Assembly (NCBI RefSeq): GCF_964355755.1
Contig: NC_092673.1
Coordinates: forward strand, 558,001-622,000
Source of the DNA: Antedon mediterranea
Taxonomy: Eukaryota; Animalia; Echinodermata
Length of the DNA: 64,000 nucleotides
Reading direction: 5' to 3'
A program made the position numbers and the translations under genes. This document shows positions 41,731-55,188 of this stretch, one piece after another. How positions within the stretch are numbered: position 1 is the first letter of the stretch; every line of letters starts with the position of its first letter. A model generated the notes under the pieces. That model made no database searches. It was given only the letters and a program-made list of their open reading frames with translations, and was not told where the DNA came from.

Positions 41731-41876
41731 AATTCAGTTTGAAAAGCCAGGTGCAATGAAGTTAGCCACAAGGGCACAAGAGTTGATAGAGCAAGTGGAG
41801 TAGAATTCAGTTTGAAAAGCCAGGTGCAATGAAGTTAGCCACAAGGGCACAAGAGTTGATTAAACAAGTGGAGTAA
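41662..41876 (+). repeat. 73-bp tandem triplication containing the last 22 codons and the stop of SFI1
   Basis: Units start at 41662, 41735 and 41808: CAGTTTGAAAAGCCAGGTGCAATGAAG...GTGGAGTAGAATT. Confidence 0.95.
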
Positions 41877-43399
41877 AATCATGTTTATGTATTTTCTGTT
41901 GAGCACAAAGATTTCTGAATGTAATATGCCAATTGCCTCTAGAAGTTCTTGCCAATTTTGAGGTTGCTGCTGGGTTGAGACTTCTCAAACCCCTAAAAAT
42001 AGTAATGCCACCATTTACAGAAGTTCCACAGGGAGCGACATTTTGGCCTAAGAATCGGCCTAGGGTGCTTTCATCCACTTTTGTGCCACCTACTTATGTA
42101 TAACAATACTTCCAAAGTTGATGCTTACGTACGTTGCTTTGCTTGTGGCCTAAGATCGATGATTCCAGGCAAGATATACACTGTGAAGAAGAACTCTACA
42201 GAATGTTATAGACAACACATTAACAGTGCTAATAAAATGTTGGGCTATCCTGAAAAATCTTTTATAAATGTATTTTATCAGTAATTTATGTTTATCTCTT
42301 TGTATGTAGTTTTTTATAATGTCGATTTTCCTCTAATTCAAATCAAATGTATGTATACAGTGTATAAAAAAATAACTTAACAACACAACTAGTAGATGAC
42401 ATTGTGTTTTTGTTTGTTGTCATTTTTACACACAAAACATATGCTGTTCATACAAACATAATCATGTATCTGAAATGTGTACATCTTGGCCTGGCTCTCA
42501 AAATTGATTTTAATATTATTGGGAAAGTTTCAATAAAAAACAACTGTATCCTAAATTAACTCATCCATTACTTATCCATCCATTGAAGTCTACTGAAACA
42601 TGTTTTGATGTTATCTGTTTTGTTCATCGCAAAACAACCAAACATGGTTAGATTAAAAGATTCGAATTGTGATCGGAGATTTTAAAATTTGAGAAACAAA
42701 TACTGAATCATCATTGATTATTTCTACATGTTTATATTTATTGTATGTTTTTACTATTACTATTATACTATATACATATTTATTTACAATAACAGTATCA
42801 ATAACAACCCTTTCTTAACATACAACATATTTCTCTGAAAAGTGGCATGTAAAGTTTCAATTCAATTTACAGTACAGTGTTTCATGCTAAATAAAGCTGT
42901 TTGATTTAAACCACTTCCATAACTTTTAATTTATTTGAGCACACATACAACAACTTATACAGTGCATTACTGATTTTATTTGTTGATATACAGTAGTAAA
43001 CTAATTTGCATATAACAGCAGATGCAGCCATACAGCTTGGCAGTGCTGCTCAGTAGCAGTCAAGCAGCCAAGGAGTAAGGATCATTGTTTTGTTGTTTCA
43101 CCATTTTGTGAATCTGCATGCATAGGATACCTGTGATGTCCATGGATACTTAGTTTACTTGAACTTATCTTACCAGTTGTGTTCATAGCTACAGAAATGT
43201 ACAATTGGATTTACATTACAAGGATTATTATTATGAAAAGAAGGTAAGCATGATTATTTGTACAGTGTTTAGAATTTTGTTATTTGAGGTGGTCTGTGTA
43301 ACCACAATCTTTTACAGACCAGCAAGTACCAGCATAACTTATACCATGCATTTCAGACCAAGTATCATTATCTCTGCCAATTAGGTTAAATGAGGTGGG

Positions 43400-43655
43400 G
43401 TGAGTCTCTTCCTGTCTTCTTGCATTCTTGTCTGAATTGGATAATTTCTGTGCGCTCTGTTTCATCCGTTTCCATTGTTTTTTGCAATGTTCTATTGACC
43501 ATATATTTCTGAATTTGGGATTGTGACTGGCTTTGTACGTATTTCCAGGCTGATGTTTCCATGTTGTTTGTACGGCAATCGGTATTCTTACTTTCTATTA
43601 TATCTGCATTTTCTTTTATATTATCAACAATAACAATTTTTTTTCTCCTTTAACT
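43400..43655 (-). pseudogene. Frameshifted Myb/SANT-like (Myb_DNA-bind_5/MSANTD-type) fragment, probably a Harbinger transposon relic
   Basis: Manual translation across frameshifts: EKKLLL / DNIKENADIIESKNTDCRTNNMETSAWKYV / WSIEHCKKQWKRMKQSAQK, showing trihelix Trp spacing. Confidence 0.6.
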
Positions 43656-44014
43656 GTTCATTGCACGAAATGTGAAAATTATAAGTTTTCTAAGCCATGT
43701 CATGAAATCCTGGTAATTACAGACAAATTAAATTGACCCAGAACTGTACACTGGCAAGCTGTAATTTGTAGACACTTAAAAGTCTTAAAATCCCATATTA
43801 GACCACACTTTAAATTGACCCAGAAGTCGTACACTGCTTAGATATTAAATCAATTCAAGGTAACTTTCATGTTTGTTTTAATATTATACAGATAGAGCAT
43901 ACTTCCAATACATAGAAATACAACAGTATACCATAATAATACTATATGCTAAATATAATGTAATATATTTAGCATTAGGTTCTAAACCCTTTTCACTGTT
44001 TATTACTCTGCTGC

Positions 44015-47000
44015 TTAGACGGCTTCAAGTAGTATTTCTTGAAGACGTTGTAATCGTCTGTTGAGTAGGTTTGAGTCTGTTCCTGGGTTACTGCGATTTA
44101 ATAGATTAACAGCATTCCGATATTCCAACTCTGTGTACACTGCACCTTGTTCTACTATCCCGTTTAGAATATCCTGAAAAATAAAATAAAAAAATTAGAG
44201 GGCTATCCCTGGTATAATTTTATACTACTAACAGGGGTATTCCATCCAGCCGAAGCTTCGCTTGTTTTAAAGTTTTAACATTGGCACATGTCAAATAGGT
44301 ATAAGACACGACACTTACATCACTGGATTTGTACATCAATTCATAGTACTGCTTGGCTCGTTCCAAGTCTGCTTCTCTAGACATGGTGATATTGGTTAGG
44401 CTGAGTTGTAGTACAAAGATATTGCGAATCCTGAAAAGTATTGAAAATAGCCGTTAATAGTAGAAATCAGTAATCAATATTTTATGTACCTAGTGGCATT
44501 TTTTTCACTCTTCTCCAGTAGTCCTCAATAGTGTTGTAAATAATTATATGTTTCTAATAAATATCCTCGCATCTTCTTTAATGCTGTGATTACTTATATT
44601 GTGTTTGTATGTCTATAAAGAACTAAACTTTAGTTTAGTATGACAATGACACCCCAGACTAAAGCTTGTATTTTATCCGTCCACCAGAAACTATGGTAGC
44701 CAAGGTTTGTTTATTTTACCCCTCAATCTTTCTTTCTAAATGACCTTTCTAAATATACTCACATTTTCTTAATGCCGTTGTCATTAATTCTCTTAATGTA
44801 CTGAGTTCCATTGATGAGAATGAATGAAATCAGGTGACCCAGTCCTTCAAAAATATACTTGAACTTGTGAGGTTGCAGAGCCACCATCAGGGCCTCTTCT
44901 ATGCTGGTTAGGTCCTTGTTGAGTGTCACTACGTTCTGGTCTGGGTCAACACTGTCCACACTTGTGTGATAACTTGACTGTTGATAAGAAATGCAATTAA
45001 TTTGGTTACGTCTCGTTTAATTTCACCAGAATATTTCATATTTTATTCTTAGCATAAAAATGATGAAGCATAATTTTTAAAATATTTCTATTGTATAGGT
45101 TTTTTTTAACTTTCATTGTTTTTTTTCATTCATTCATTTTTTTCTCCAATTTTTACATCTGGATCTCTTTGGAGACACATACTTTCATGTATTGAAAGAG
45201 TTTTTTTCAATTTAAGATTACTGCTTTTACCTGCTTAACAACAGGAATCAAAAAGTAGAAACAGTGAAGTCTAACTTCAAGATGTAACACCAACAAACAC
45301 ATCTGAGCCATGTCTTGGAACTCCTTAGCTTGGCTTATTAGGTTTTGTAACGTAATACCATCAACCTCTGGTATCTCCTAAAAAGTAATACAAGTTCAAA
45401 CACACATGATTACTAAATCATTTCCAACAAAGACACAAGACAATTACTTAACAACAATTTTACTTTCAATTTAAATGTCTGAACTGAAATGTAATTTTTC
45501 TATACAATTTTTAAGTATTTTAAATCAACAATAAAACCTTACCAAAGAGGATACTCCAGATATTGCCAATGTATTATCACCACTGGAGGGCAGTAGTCGA
45601 CCTGCAAATGATCTTATCCTCTCTGAAAACCATTCCTAAAAAAAATAATCATAAAAAACATTTAAGATTAAAAAAAAAAAATGTATTTGATTTATTTCCA
45701 TTAGGGTCTTTTATAAAAATAAATAATCTAAAATAATTGTATTAAAAAAATCAGATCAGTCCATATCATCAAGATCAGTCCATATCATCAAGATCAGTCC
45801 ATATCATCAAGATCAGTCCATATCATCATGATCAGTCCATATCATCATGATCAGTCCATATCATCAAGATCAGTCCATATCATCAAGATCAGTCCATATC
45901 ATCAAGATCAGTCCATATCATCAAGATCAGTCCATATCATCAAGATCAGTCCATATCATCAAGATCAGTCCATATCATCAAGATCAGTCCATATCATCAA
46001 GATCAGTCCATATCATCAAGATCAGTCCATATCATCAAGATCAGTCCATATCATCAAGATCAGTCCATATCATCATGATCAGTCCATATCATCAAGATCA
46101 GTCCATATCATCAAGATCAGTCCATATCATCAAGATCAGTCCATATCATCAAGATCAGTCCATATCATCATGATCAGTCCATATCATCAAGATCAGTCCA
46201 TATCATCATGATCAGTCCATATCATCAAGATCAGTCCATATCATCGAACTTTCAACATTGTTGTTATTAATATATTCTTGTTGATATAAAGTTTGCGTCA
46301 CACCACGTATATTAGTTCTTAAAAGAACTGTTGAGTTTCTCGACGTATATTCTTGTACTGAATATACTTACAAGACTTTCATGTAGGTTAGCCAAAAGCC
46401 TGAGGTCACTGACATCTAATAAGACTTCATGATGTTGTAATAATTTATCTCCCAAGTTTGTGACAAGTAAATCAGACTCCTGTAAAACATTGCAAGAAAA
46501 ATATTTAGATATTATTTTAGTTGAAGCTAGATTTGTTGAAAAGTAACTTTTTATATTTTTTATGTATACAGAAATTAAATTTCATCTCCATATATTGATC
46601 AGTTATTTTGTTTGTATTTAAGAAATTTCCAAACCTTTTCATTTCTTTCCCTAACATCTTCAATTGTCTCCACATCACTTTCTCTGACGTCTTTTCTCCG
46701 ATGTTCTTGTAAGTTTGTCCAGTTTGGTAGTGATCGTAAACATCGGCTTATGTCTTCGTCTTTCACCCATGTGGCACTAACCATTCTTTTCTCTTCTGTT
46801 TCTGGTTGGACAATTCCTAAAGAAAATCATTATATTATGCACTGATATTGATATTTATTTTCATTCTATGAACGAAACAATAAAGTAAACTTGTAACATT
46901 GTAAAACTGAGAAGAAATGAAACAGGGACAACCACAAAACAAGCAAAAAAGCTTTTACAACTAGTGGTGCCCTAAAAAAAGAACTGTGCCTCTTACTGTC

Positions 47001-50000
47001 AATAAAAAAAATCTTTCAATGTAATTTTGGATTTCTACAAACAAACCACACTTTACTTACCTCTATACATAGCATGGCAAGTGTCTTTATACTCCTTAAG
47101 AATCTTACAGATCATGTTCAGGAACTGATCAGCATAGTCTGGTAAATATGTCATCATGTCTTTGAGCTCTGACACTGCCTTCTCCATGGCGACTGTAGTC
47201 TGCAGTAGAGGTTGTGAAGCTCCTGCTGCCTTCTGTGCAGAGAAGTCAGTTAAAGCTTTGTCCGAGTCTCCTCCTTTAGTAGCCGTTTGAATGTCCTTGT
47301 CAATTTCTTGCTGAATATGGTTCAGGAAAATGTGATGTATGTAATCACTGACAAATATACGTAGGCTACACTGCCCTCTGACAATGAAAGATAAAAAAAA
47401 CAGTTAAAAAAAAGACAATATTCAGAATTGCAAAATTGAAATTGACCAATTGTTTATTATAATAATCGCATTTCATGCAAGTTGCCTATGGTTAATATTT
47501 CTCTATAAATGTATCATCTTTCTAATATTGGTAATAGGGTTTATGGGTAATGTACTTACCCGCTGTCCAGGTTCATAGCGCCCTCTATGTCATGTATAAA
47601 CTGACTAAGTGGTCTGTAAACTTGAATGACATTTTTAACGCTAGGTTTACAAACCATCTGCATCTGTTCACACTCCTCTTCTACTTTTAAATTACCATCC
47701 TGGAACAAATTTAGGTTTTTTTTTGTTACCAAATATTATTACAATACAAATATTTTAACATAATGTTGTATAAAGCTCTGTCTACACTATCAAACTAGTT
47801 TGATAAAAAAACTGTGATGTGCCAAAATATGGTAGTGATATGACATGTCCATATATGGGCACATCAAATTTTGTTGTCACATAAAGTATGATAGTGTACA
47901 CAGAGTTTAAAGGAGTGAATTTCACTCCTTCTTCAAAGTCCAAGTTCTAGATGGCGATTTGACTTAAAATTATGAAATAAAAACATTTTGGCACACATTT
48001 CGTGTCATAATTATATTGTGCTGAAATCTAGTTCTAATCATCTAGAAACTTTTGGAATCCAATTGTAAAATTGTAGTCAACCTTAACAGGCTTCAAACCT
48101 TAACAGGCTTCAAACCTTAACAGGCTTCAAACCTTCTTTATTTTTATAACTCAAGGTTAAAAATGGTACAACTTACAGCTCCATAAAATTCTCTCTTTTG
48201 TTCCCGCATGTAATTGTTCATACTTATGGCATGTGACGACGATTCAAACAGAAACAGCACTTGTCGTTTTGGTCGCAGCATCTTTCTCTTGGCAAAAAAT
48301 GCACCAATGTCACTACTGAAAAATCAAAGTATCAACGATTATTTTAGGTGGGAAACAATAACATTTAGGAGCCTGTGGCTGTATTCACCATTCACACTTA
48401 GGCTAAGGGAATCCCTTACACTTAAATTTAAAAAAATCTCCCATCTAAGTGAATAAAATTTAAGAGATATACTTAAATATTTATTGAGTTAAGTGAAATA
48501 CTCTACTGGTGAAGACGGTCACCAATATTCAATTCTGACATAAATCAACTTACCTTGTATTTTCTGAGAAAGTATCAGCTTGAGTTTCTACTGTTGCATT
48601 CTTCATGTCCAAGTAACTACTCAAATGTAACTGAAGCTGTTAAACACCATTAACATATAACATATGAACATAATTAAAATCATTTTGTTATTAATACATT
48701 TAAATTGAGAAAAGTTATATTTTTTTTAAAAAAAGGAAATTTAATTAAAAGATAGCTACAAAAGGCTCAGAAAACACCAGTTTTGCAAACACAAGAAAAA
48801 ATAACAAAATTGTAATCAAAATTATATTCATTGATTTTGAAGATGTAGGGCATCTGACTATAAATGAGAATAATAGAGCATTAATTAATTGACTCACAAC
48901 TGACTGAATCTGTGACCAAATGTCATCCATTGTGTACATCTCATTGTCTGAAAAACCAGCCTAAAATTATAGAGAAACAATAACACTTTATTGCAATTAT
49001 CTTTATATAAATCATGGCCGTAGCGAGAGGTTAAAAACAGATGAGGCGAAAATGCTTTAAATATAATTATTGATATAAAATATGACGATCTGTGCTGGGT
49101 AATTGGGGTGGGTAGTGAAAATTTCAGTTGAAGCGCTCATTCATCTGCCTCATGTTGGCTACAGCCCTCATAAATACAAAACAAAATTTAAGACTGGACT
49201 TAATAATTAAAAATAGAACTGGTCAGTAACAAGTCCCTCACAGGTATCAAACATGGTGTTAAATATTAATTATGCTTAAAATACCTTTAATCTATTAATA
49301 GATCCCAGTATTGACATGTGAGCTACTGCCACAGAGTGGAAGCGATCAAACAGAAGTTCCAAGAGTTCTAGTAATAGCTTAGGTTGATTCATCAACACAA
49401 TACTCTCACCTCTTTGCTTAGCACTGTCAAAATAAACCAAATGTTTAGTGTAACCCTTATTTTTCCATGGTTTAATTTTTCAACACCTTGTATTTGTCTT
49501 TGTAACTTAAAAAAAAAATGTAATTTACAAAACAAAAATAGCAAACACATCAATAAGAATATATAAAAAAACATGTTAGTATGAGTTAGATTACCATTAA
49601 TACTAAAAAAGATTATCTCCAACAACCAAACAACAGACATTTATAAATTACAATAAAACAGGTAGGAATAAAAGTTGATGAGATAGTTTGTTAGACATAC
49701 AAAGAAATCACTGTCAATGATTTTGAATTTTACTGTATACAAACCATAACATCACATATCTTGAGGTGTTTGGTTTTCAAAGAAAATAGGAGTACAGTAA
49801 GAGATCAGAAGCTGTAACTATTATAAAGCTCTGTCTAAACTATCAAATTTAATGTGACAAAAGAATGTGATGTGCCAATATGGACATGATAATATCATAT
49901 CATTACCCTATTTGAGCATATCACAGTTTTTGTCAAACTAGTTTGATATTAAATGTTGAGAAGATTATAATAATCAATGTGTTGCATTTCTTTAATTGGC

Positions 50001-53000
50001 ATTACCCTTGTTTTTTTTTTTTTCTGAAATTATTCAGTGAATATTCTGCTATTAGGCAGTGGCATAACAGCTATGATCGCTCACTGGCCAAGCCCAGGGG
50101 TCTAATTTTTAAGGGTCCCAGAGCATGAACAGCCCCAATGTAACTACCCAGCAATGAGGGCCCCTTAAGGAGCCTTCTCCCCCTGATTATGCCACTGCTG
50201 CTAAGTCGCTGTAACTACCCAGCAATGAGGGCCCCTTAAGGAGCCTTCTCCCCCTGATTATGCCACTGCTGCTAAGTCTTATTATTTAAATTACTGTACA
50301 TATACTGTATATATATATAAACCTAACAATTTTGAAAAAAAGAAAATACTGTAGTTGGACAAATACAATTTACAAATACAGTATAAAACATTTCTTGTAA
50401 ATATTGACTATTGATAGATTACACACATAACCTGTTTAATCCCATTCATGCATTTACACTAAATTTAACTGAACCCCACACATTTTGGATATATTTTAAA
50501 ATATACAATGACATGCAGAAGGAACACCTTAGTAAATGTGTATAAAATAATAACATGTGCCTCACCTCCTAAAAGTATAATTTGTAAAGATATATCTTTG
50601 AGAAAAAATGGAAATTTAGAATATAAATAAAATAATACAACCATGATGTTTTACAATTAATAATGATTGTTCAAGGGTAATCAGTTGATAATGATAATAA
50701 TGATTTGAATTAGGAAGATGATTTGAATTAATGATGTTAATGAATTAGGATAATGAATAAATGATATGGTGGAATCATTCACTAATAACATAAACACAAT
50801 TTGTAGTGATATTAATAGTTACTTACTTTTCGGCAACTTCAGACGTCGCCCTCTGTACAATCTTGGTGAGCTCATGGTTCATCCGTGATTTTATTTGCTA
50901 GGTAGAAAACAAACATTTAATTATATACCAATAATTTTTTTGAAAATTAAAATCCTTTTTTTTCACATTTTTTTTCCCATATACTATCATAGGGAAATAA
51001 TGTATACATGCTGCTGACCACTGTTCATGTGGACAATAAATTATCATACATTTATTTAACTATCATACCACATGAGTTTATAGGTATGGAAAGCAAATGG
51101 AAATGCAATGCAATGTTCAGATTTTGAACAGAAACCACATGGGACCAATAGTCAGTTCAATCTATCATGCAGTTTAATTGCTTTTGGGCATAAAGTTGTT
51201 GTAAACTCTGTGCTTTATAGTATGATAGTTACCTCCACAGTATCTGGTATTTTTTTCAGTAATGCTAGAGACTCAACTAACACTGACATAAAATGTTCAC
51301 TGTCGTCTTCAGGTTTAGAGTTCAAATCCTCTGTGATTTTATCATCGATCACGTCATCTTCAGTAGATGGTACCTCCAAACCACCACGCTTCCCTGTACA
51401 AACAAATTTAAAATCTGTAGTTTATTTTAAGAATATAGTAAGGTAATGAATTCCATGTGTTTATGATATGTATATTGAAGAAAGAAACTATACTGAAGGT
51501 ATTAAACTGAGGTAAGCATGTGGCAATAAGCAAAGTTAAATTTGTCTACTGTCTATTTATATAATTTGTAAATTGGGATTTAATTTTTTTTTAAGAACTT
51601 ACTCATCTGGAACTTTTTTAAGCGTTTACTTCCACCATGTGTGACTTTCATAAGAGTGGGTTTATGCGGTTGAGCTGGTGATGACATCAGATCACCTGAC
51701 AGACGAACAGAACTGCCTCGCTGTAGTGTTGTACGAAAATTGGTGGCGCTTTTCACGTATAAATGGACATGAAGCTCATCTATTAAAGAATGATGCAGTT
51801 CCTAAAATAAAATTTAAGTTAAGCATATGAAATAAGTGTACACTTGTTTTTTCTTATTAGATTCACAAAAAGTCCCTGTGTCAGTTATCTGATAGGACAG
51901 TGATTATTGTCTATGTCTATGCAGCTGTCAAATCTAAAAGTCATTCTGTACATGCTCAGAAACATATTAGCATGCACAGAAGACTGAATAGAATGTAGTT
52001 GAATGAGGCCCTCTAATTGATTACCTCTTTTTTGTCTTGCATTTCCATTCGTAAGTCCCGTAAAGCCTCAACACCTGCTAGGTCTCCTTCTAGTGATGAA
52101 ACTAAAAGATAGAAATATCAGAAATTAGGGACGTTTTACAAGGTTTGCACCTGGTACTGTCATGAACTAACATTAACATTTACAACTGCTACAACTTATC
52201 AAACACATTTATAGTATGTCCTTTTATTTGACTCACCAGTTTCTGTTGCAAGCTCTGTTGCATGTAGATAATACTTCTTTGAGATAAAAGAATCCAGCTT
52301 CTGAGGTGCATTCTTAACTTTTTCTCTAAAAACGAATAAAATGAATTTTCAACTTTATTCTTCATTATTTTTCAGGATAACTTGATGTACAGTAGTACAA
52401 CATGTGTTTCTCAAAATGAAAGGTGTTGTTGAACATAGATTTATAACATGCCAACTGTATCAAAGCATGGTACTATTAATTTATAAGTCCATGATCAGAG
52501 CTCCCACTCAAACCCTGCCTTCCTCCCCAAGACACTTTCCAATGAGACTTACAAGTTATCTAGCATGCTAAGTATACGCTTCTGTTCAACACCTTCTAAC
52601 CACAATCGTCTTAGCTCGTCCCGTTTGCAATGCAGAAGTTCTTTACACGATGTTAAATCCTCTTTTACCTGCCGCATTTTTTCACGGGAGGTTTTGATAC
52701 GAGCAGATATACTGCTGTATGATTGGATAGTTTTCGTCAAGGTTTCATAATTATCTGTGAAGTGAATATAAACAAATTTGTCATTCAAAAGAAAGAAGAT
52801 AAATACCAATGAAAACTGCTTTAAATTTGTGTATAATTGAATCCCAAATTGGAGCCAGTTTCTGAGTGAATGAAAGGTAATGGTACAATTCTATCATCTT
52901 GTTTCTTACCATTAATAAGAGTGTCTAGTTTTTGGTCACACTCTCGATATGCCTTTTCAATCTTTGCTTTCTCTACTTCTCTTTGCTGTTGATCTTCACT

Positions 53001-55064
53001 AAAAATAGTAAAAATACCATTACAATGAATGAAAGCAAAAGTAAACATTCAAAGTAGAACAAACTGTAGAGTATAGAATGAAGTGTAAAAGCTTTACCTT
53101 GCTGACAAAGTCCGAATAACTGACATCAACAAGCTTGTCCCAGACTGAAAGAGATCATAAAATTATTATTTGACATTGAGACCAGTAAAATGCTAGAATA
53201 TCATAGCAAAATGAAAAGTCAGTTTTCTATAACACAACATAATGGTATTTAAAACAAATAGTATACAAAGAATGAGGAGCTGAGTCACACATTTTACAAT
53301 TATTATGTGACAATAAAGTATATCTATGTCTATGTCAGCCAGTGAAGTATATTTACAATATAAAAATTACACTATATTAAAATGTTAATTGTTGATTTTA
53401 AGATATTGAAAATTTAAATAAAAATTTATTTAAAAAACACAAACATATCACTAAAAATTTAAAAAAATTTAAAAATCATCCCAAACACACACAAAACCAT
53501 GCAGGAAGAACAGGATTGTTGACTTCTCTTGAAAGGTCTACAAATGTTCACTCCTTCTTCATTTAAAGTCATCCAGATTTTTTTTTAATGAACACTGAAT
53601 TCAATTAGCTAATACACTATAATTGTTCTGGACAACATATTAAACACATTCTTCTTTAAAACAGTGTTCACTCTTAAAAAAAACTGTCACCGATCGTGTT
53701 CACAAATCATAAATAAAATCACGGATTGTTCGTTAAACTTACCAGAGACCTGAGACCTAAGAACGATGCCTTGTCATATTGAAACAACATATCAGACAAC
53801 GCAGAACTCCTTCGTCTTCCCACCCGTATCCCGCTGTACATGCTAATGGCGGTTTGAACACTTGACGCGCCAGACATTGCTGACGTTTGCCTGTACAAGC
53901 GTGTCTTATTCGAATACATTTTAGACAAGTATTTCAAATGCGAATCAAAAGAGATAAAATTGTCCAGTACAGTACGACAATAACAAATAAAAAAATCAAG
54001 CAGATAAAGTTGTAAAAGGAATCCTTTTGCGCTCAGTTATTTATGTTGAATCCATTTCCACTAATTTGTTGAAGTTGAACTTGCCAGCGATTTCAAGATT
54101 TACAAAAGAATTACCACAAATAAGTTTGACAAAACTTTAATCATATCATTATTAACATATCATATATATTCCAGTACTTTATAAAAAGAGAATTTCCACA
54201 AGGACTCCCTGTACTCGGGCACTTAAAGCAAAGCACATACTAGAAAACCACAGCCAGTTACTACTACTAGACTAGTAAATATTCTAGACTAGTAAAAGAC
54301 TAGGTCAATATCAAAGACTGTTCTCAGTACCAGTCCCTAGAGTGTCGTGTCAAATTGTGTTTCCCGTTTCTACTGAGTCACAACTTCCTAACATATACCC
54401 CCTGAAATGATCATAATGTATAAAAAAAATGAAATCTATTTTTAACTATTGGCATGGAAACACAGATTTCAATTTATTTTTTTTTTAAACATAGATGTCG
54501 TGTACAGTTGTTTTAATGTTTCTGAACATTCATCATTACTACTTTTTAGTAAGTTTTGTCTACTCTTTCCTTTCTAATCTATTATTAGTTGGTTAGTAGT
54601 TCTAGTACTACTAGTAGTAGCCTAGTAGGCCCTCTACTAGTTAGGTTTCTAACTTTTTTATTAAGTAAGTTTCTTATACATGATACAATCATTCAATCAA
54701 TTGAATACAAAATAAATTTATCTTAAACTTTTGTAAGTGCAAATAGACACACATATAGACGGACGTTGCAGACTTTGTCACGCTTACAGTTACATTATTT
54801 TACATTTCAACGACAATCTCAGGTACAGGAAGTAGAGGGTAGGTAGGCCAGCGTCTAATCTGTCTGACTAATCTGACATCCACTTCCCAGTCCACTCCCA
54901 CCACCACCTCATCATTCATTGATTGCTGAGCCTAGCAATTTGCTAGTAAAAAAATACACATACACACCTTAATTGATCACAATTGTATTTTATATGATTA
55001 ATTAACTTACCGGTTCATGCGCCTTCCTATATCCATCATTTGAATCACTCCCTGAAGATGTCAT
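44015..55064 (-). CDS. EXOC4: Exocyst complex component 4 (Sec8), ~22 exons
   Basis: ATG at 55064 (exon 55064-55011), then [16 protein letters not shown] (53144-53098), [109 protein letters not shown]; stop TAA at 44015-44017. Confidence 0.95.
45754..46245. repeat. 19-bp minisatellite (GATCAGTCCATATCATCAA/T), ~26 copies, in an EXOC4 intron
   Basis: Near-perfect tandem array with a single A/T variant position. Confidence 0.98.
47771..47910. mobile_element. MITE family B copy (EXOC4 intron)
   Basis: TAAAGCTCTGTCTACACTATC...GATAGTGTACACAGAGTTTA. Confidence 0.8.
48079..48135. repeat. 17-bp tandem repeat x3 (AACCTTAACAGGCTTCA)
   Basis: Seen directly. Confidence 0.9.
49013..49149. mobile_element. 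Short MITE with termini related to the 35113-36106 element
   Basis: CATGGCCGTAGC...GCTACAGCCCTC, flanked on both sides by ATAAAT; internal inverted CAGATGA/TCATCTG. Confidence 0.6.
49824..49948. mobile_element. MITE family B copy, truncated at the right end
   Basis: AAGCTCTGTCTAAACTATCAAA...GTCAAACTAGTTTGATA. Confidence 0.7.
50057..50278. mobile_element. hAT-like MITE whose right end plus flank is tandemly duplicated (71 bp x2)
   Basis: TIR CAGTGGCATAA...TTATGCCACTG; unit TGTAACTACCCAGCAATG...GCTAAGTC at 50139 and 50210. Confidence 0.7.
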
Positions 55065-55188
55065 TTTAATGTACTTTTTTATTTATTTTGGTCCAACCTT
55101 TTTCTATTTTTTATTCATTTTTGTTATTTATTTTGTACTAAAGAGCGCCACCTACAGTTACAAAATAGAAATATAGAATTAAAACAAC
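55065..55188. promoter_or_regulatory. Very compact bidirectional promoter/5' UTR region for EXOC4 and TCERG1
   Basis: 124 bp between opposing ATGs; AT-rich with a single GC-rich motif, AGCGCCACCTAC, at 55144. Confidence 0.7.

Noticed and set aside
45754-46245. CRISPR-like array and ORFs 45828..46211 / 45847..46173
   Set aside because: Contiguous 19-bp units with no spacers, inside a eukaryotic intron; the ORFs are repeat translations
48079-48135. Repeated CCTTAAC-AG resembling a U12 branch and acceptor
   Set aside because: Lies on the strand opposite to EXOC4 transcription
53719-53937. 72-aa ORF in a GC-richer patch of EXOC4 intron 1
   Set aside because: No recognisable domain or supported splice structure; possibly a transposon remnant, but no termini could be defined
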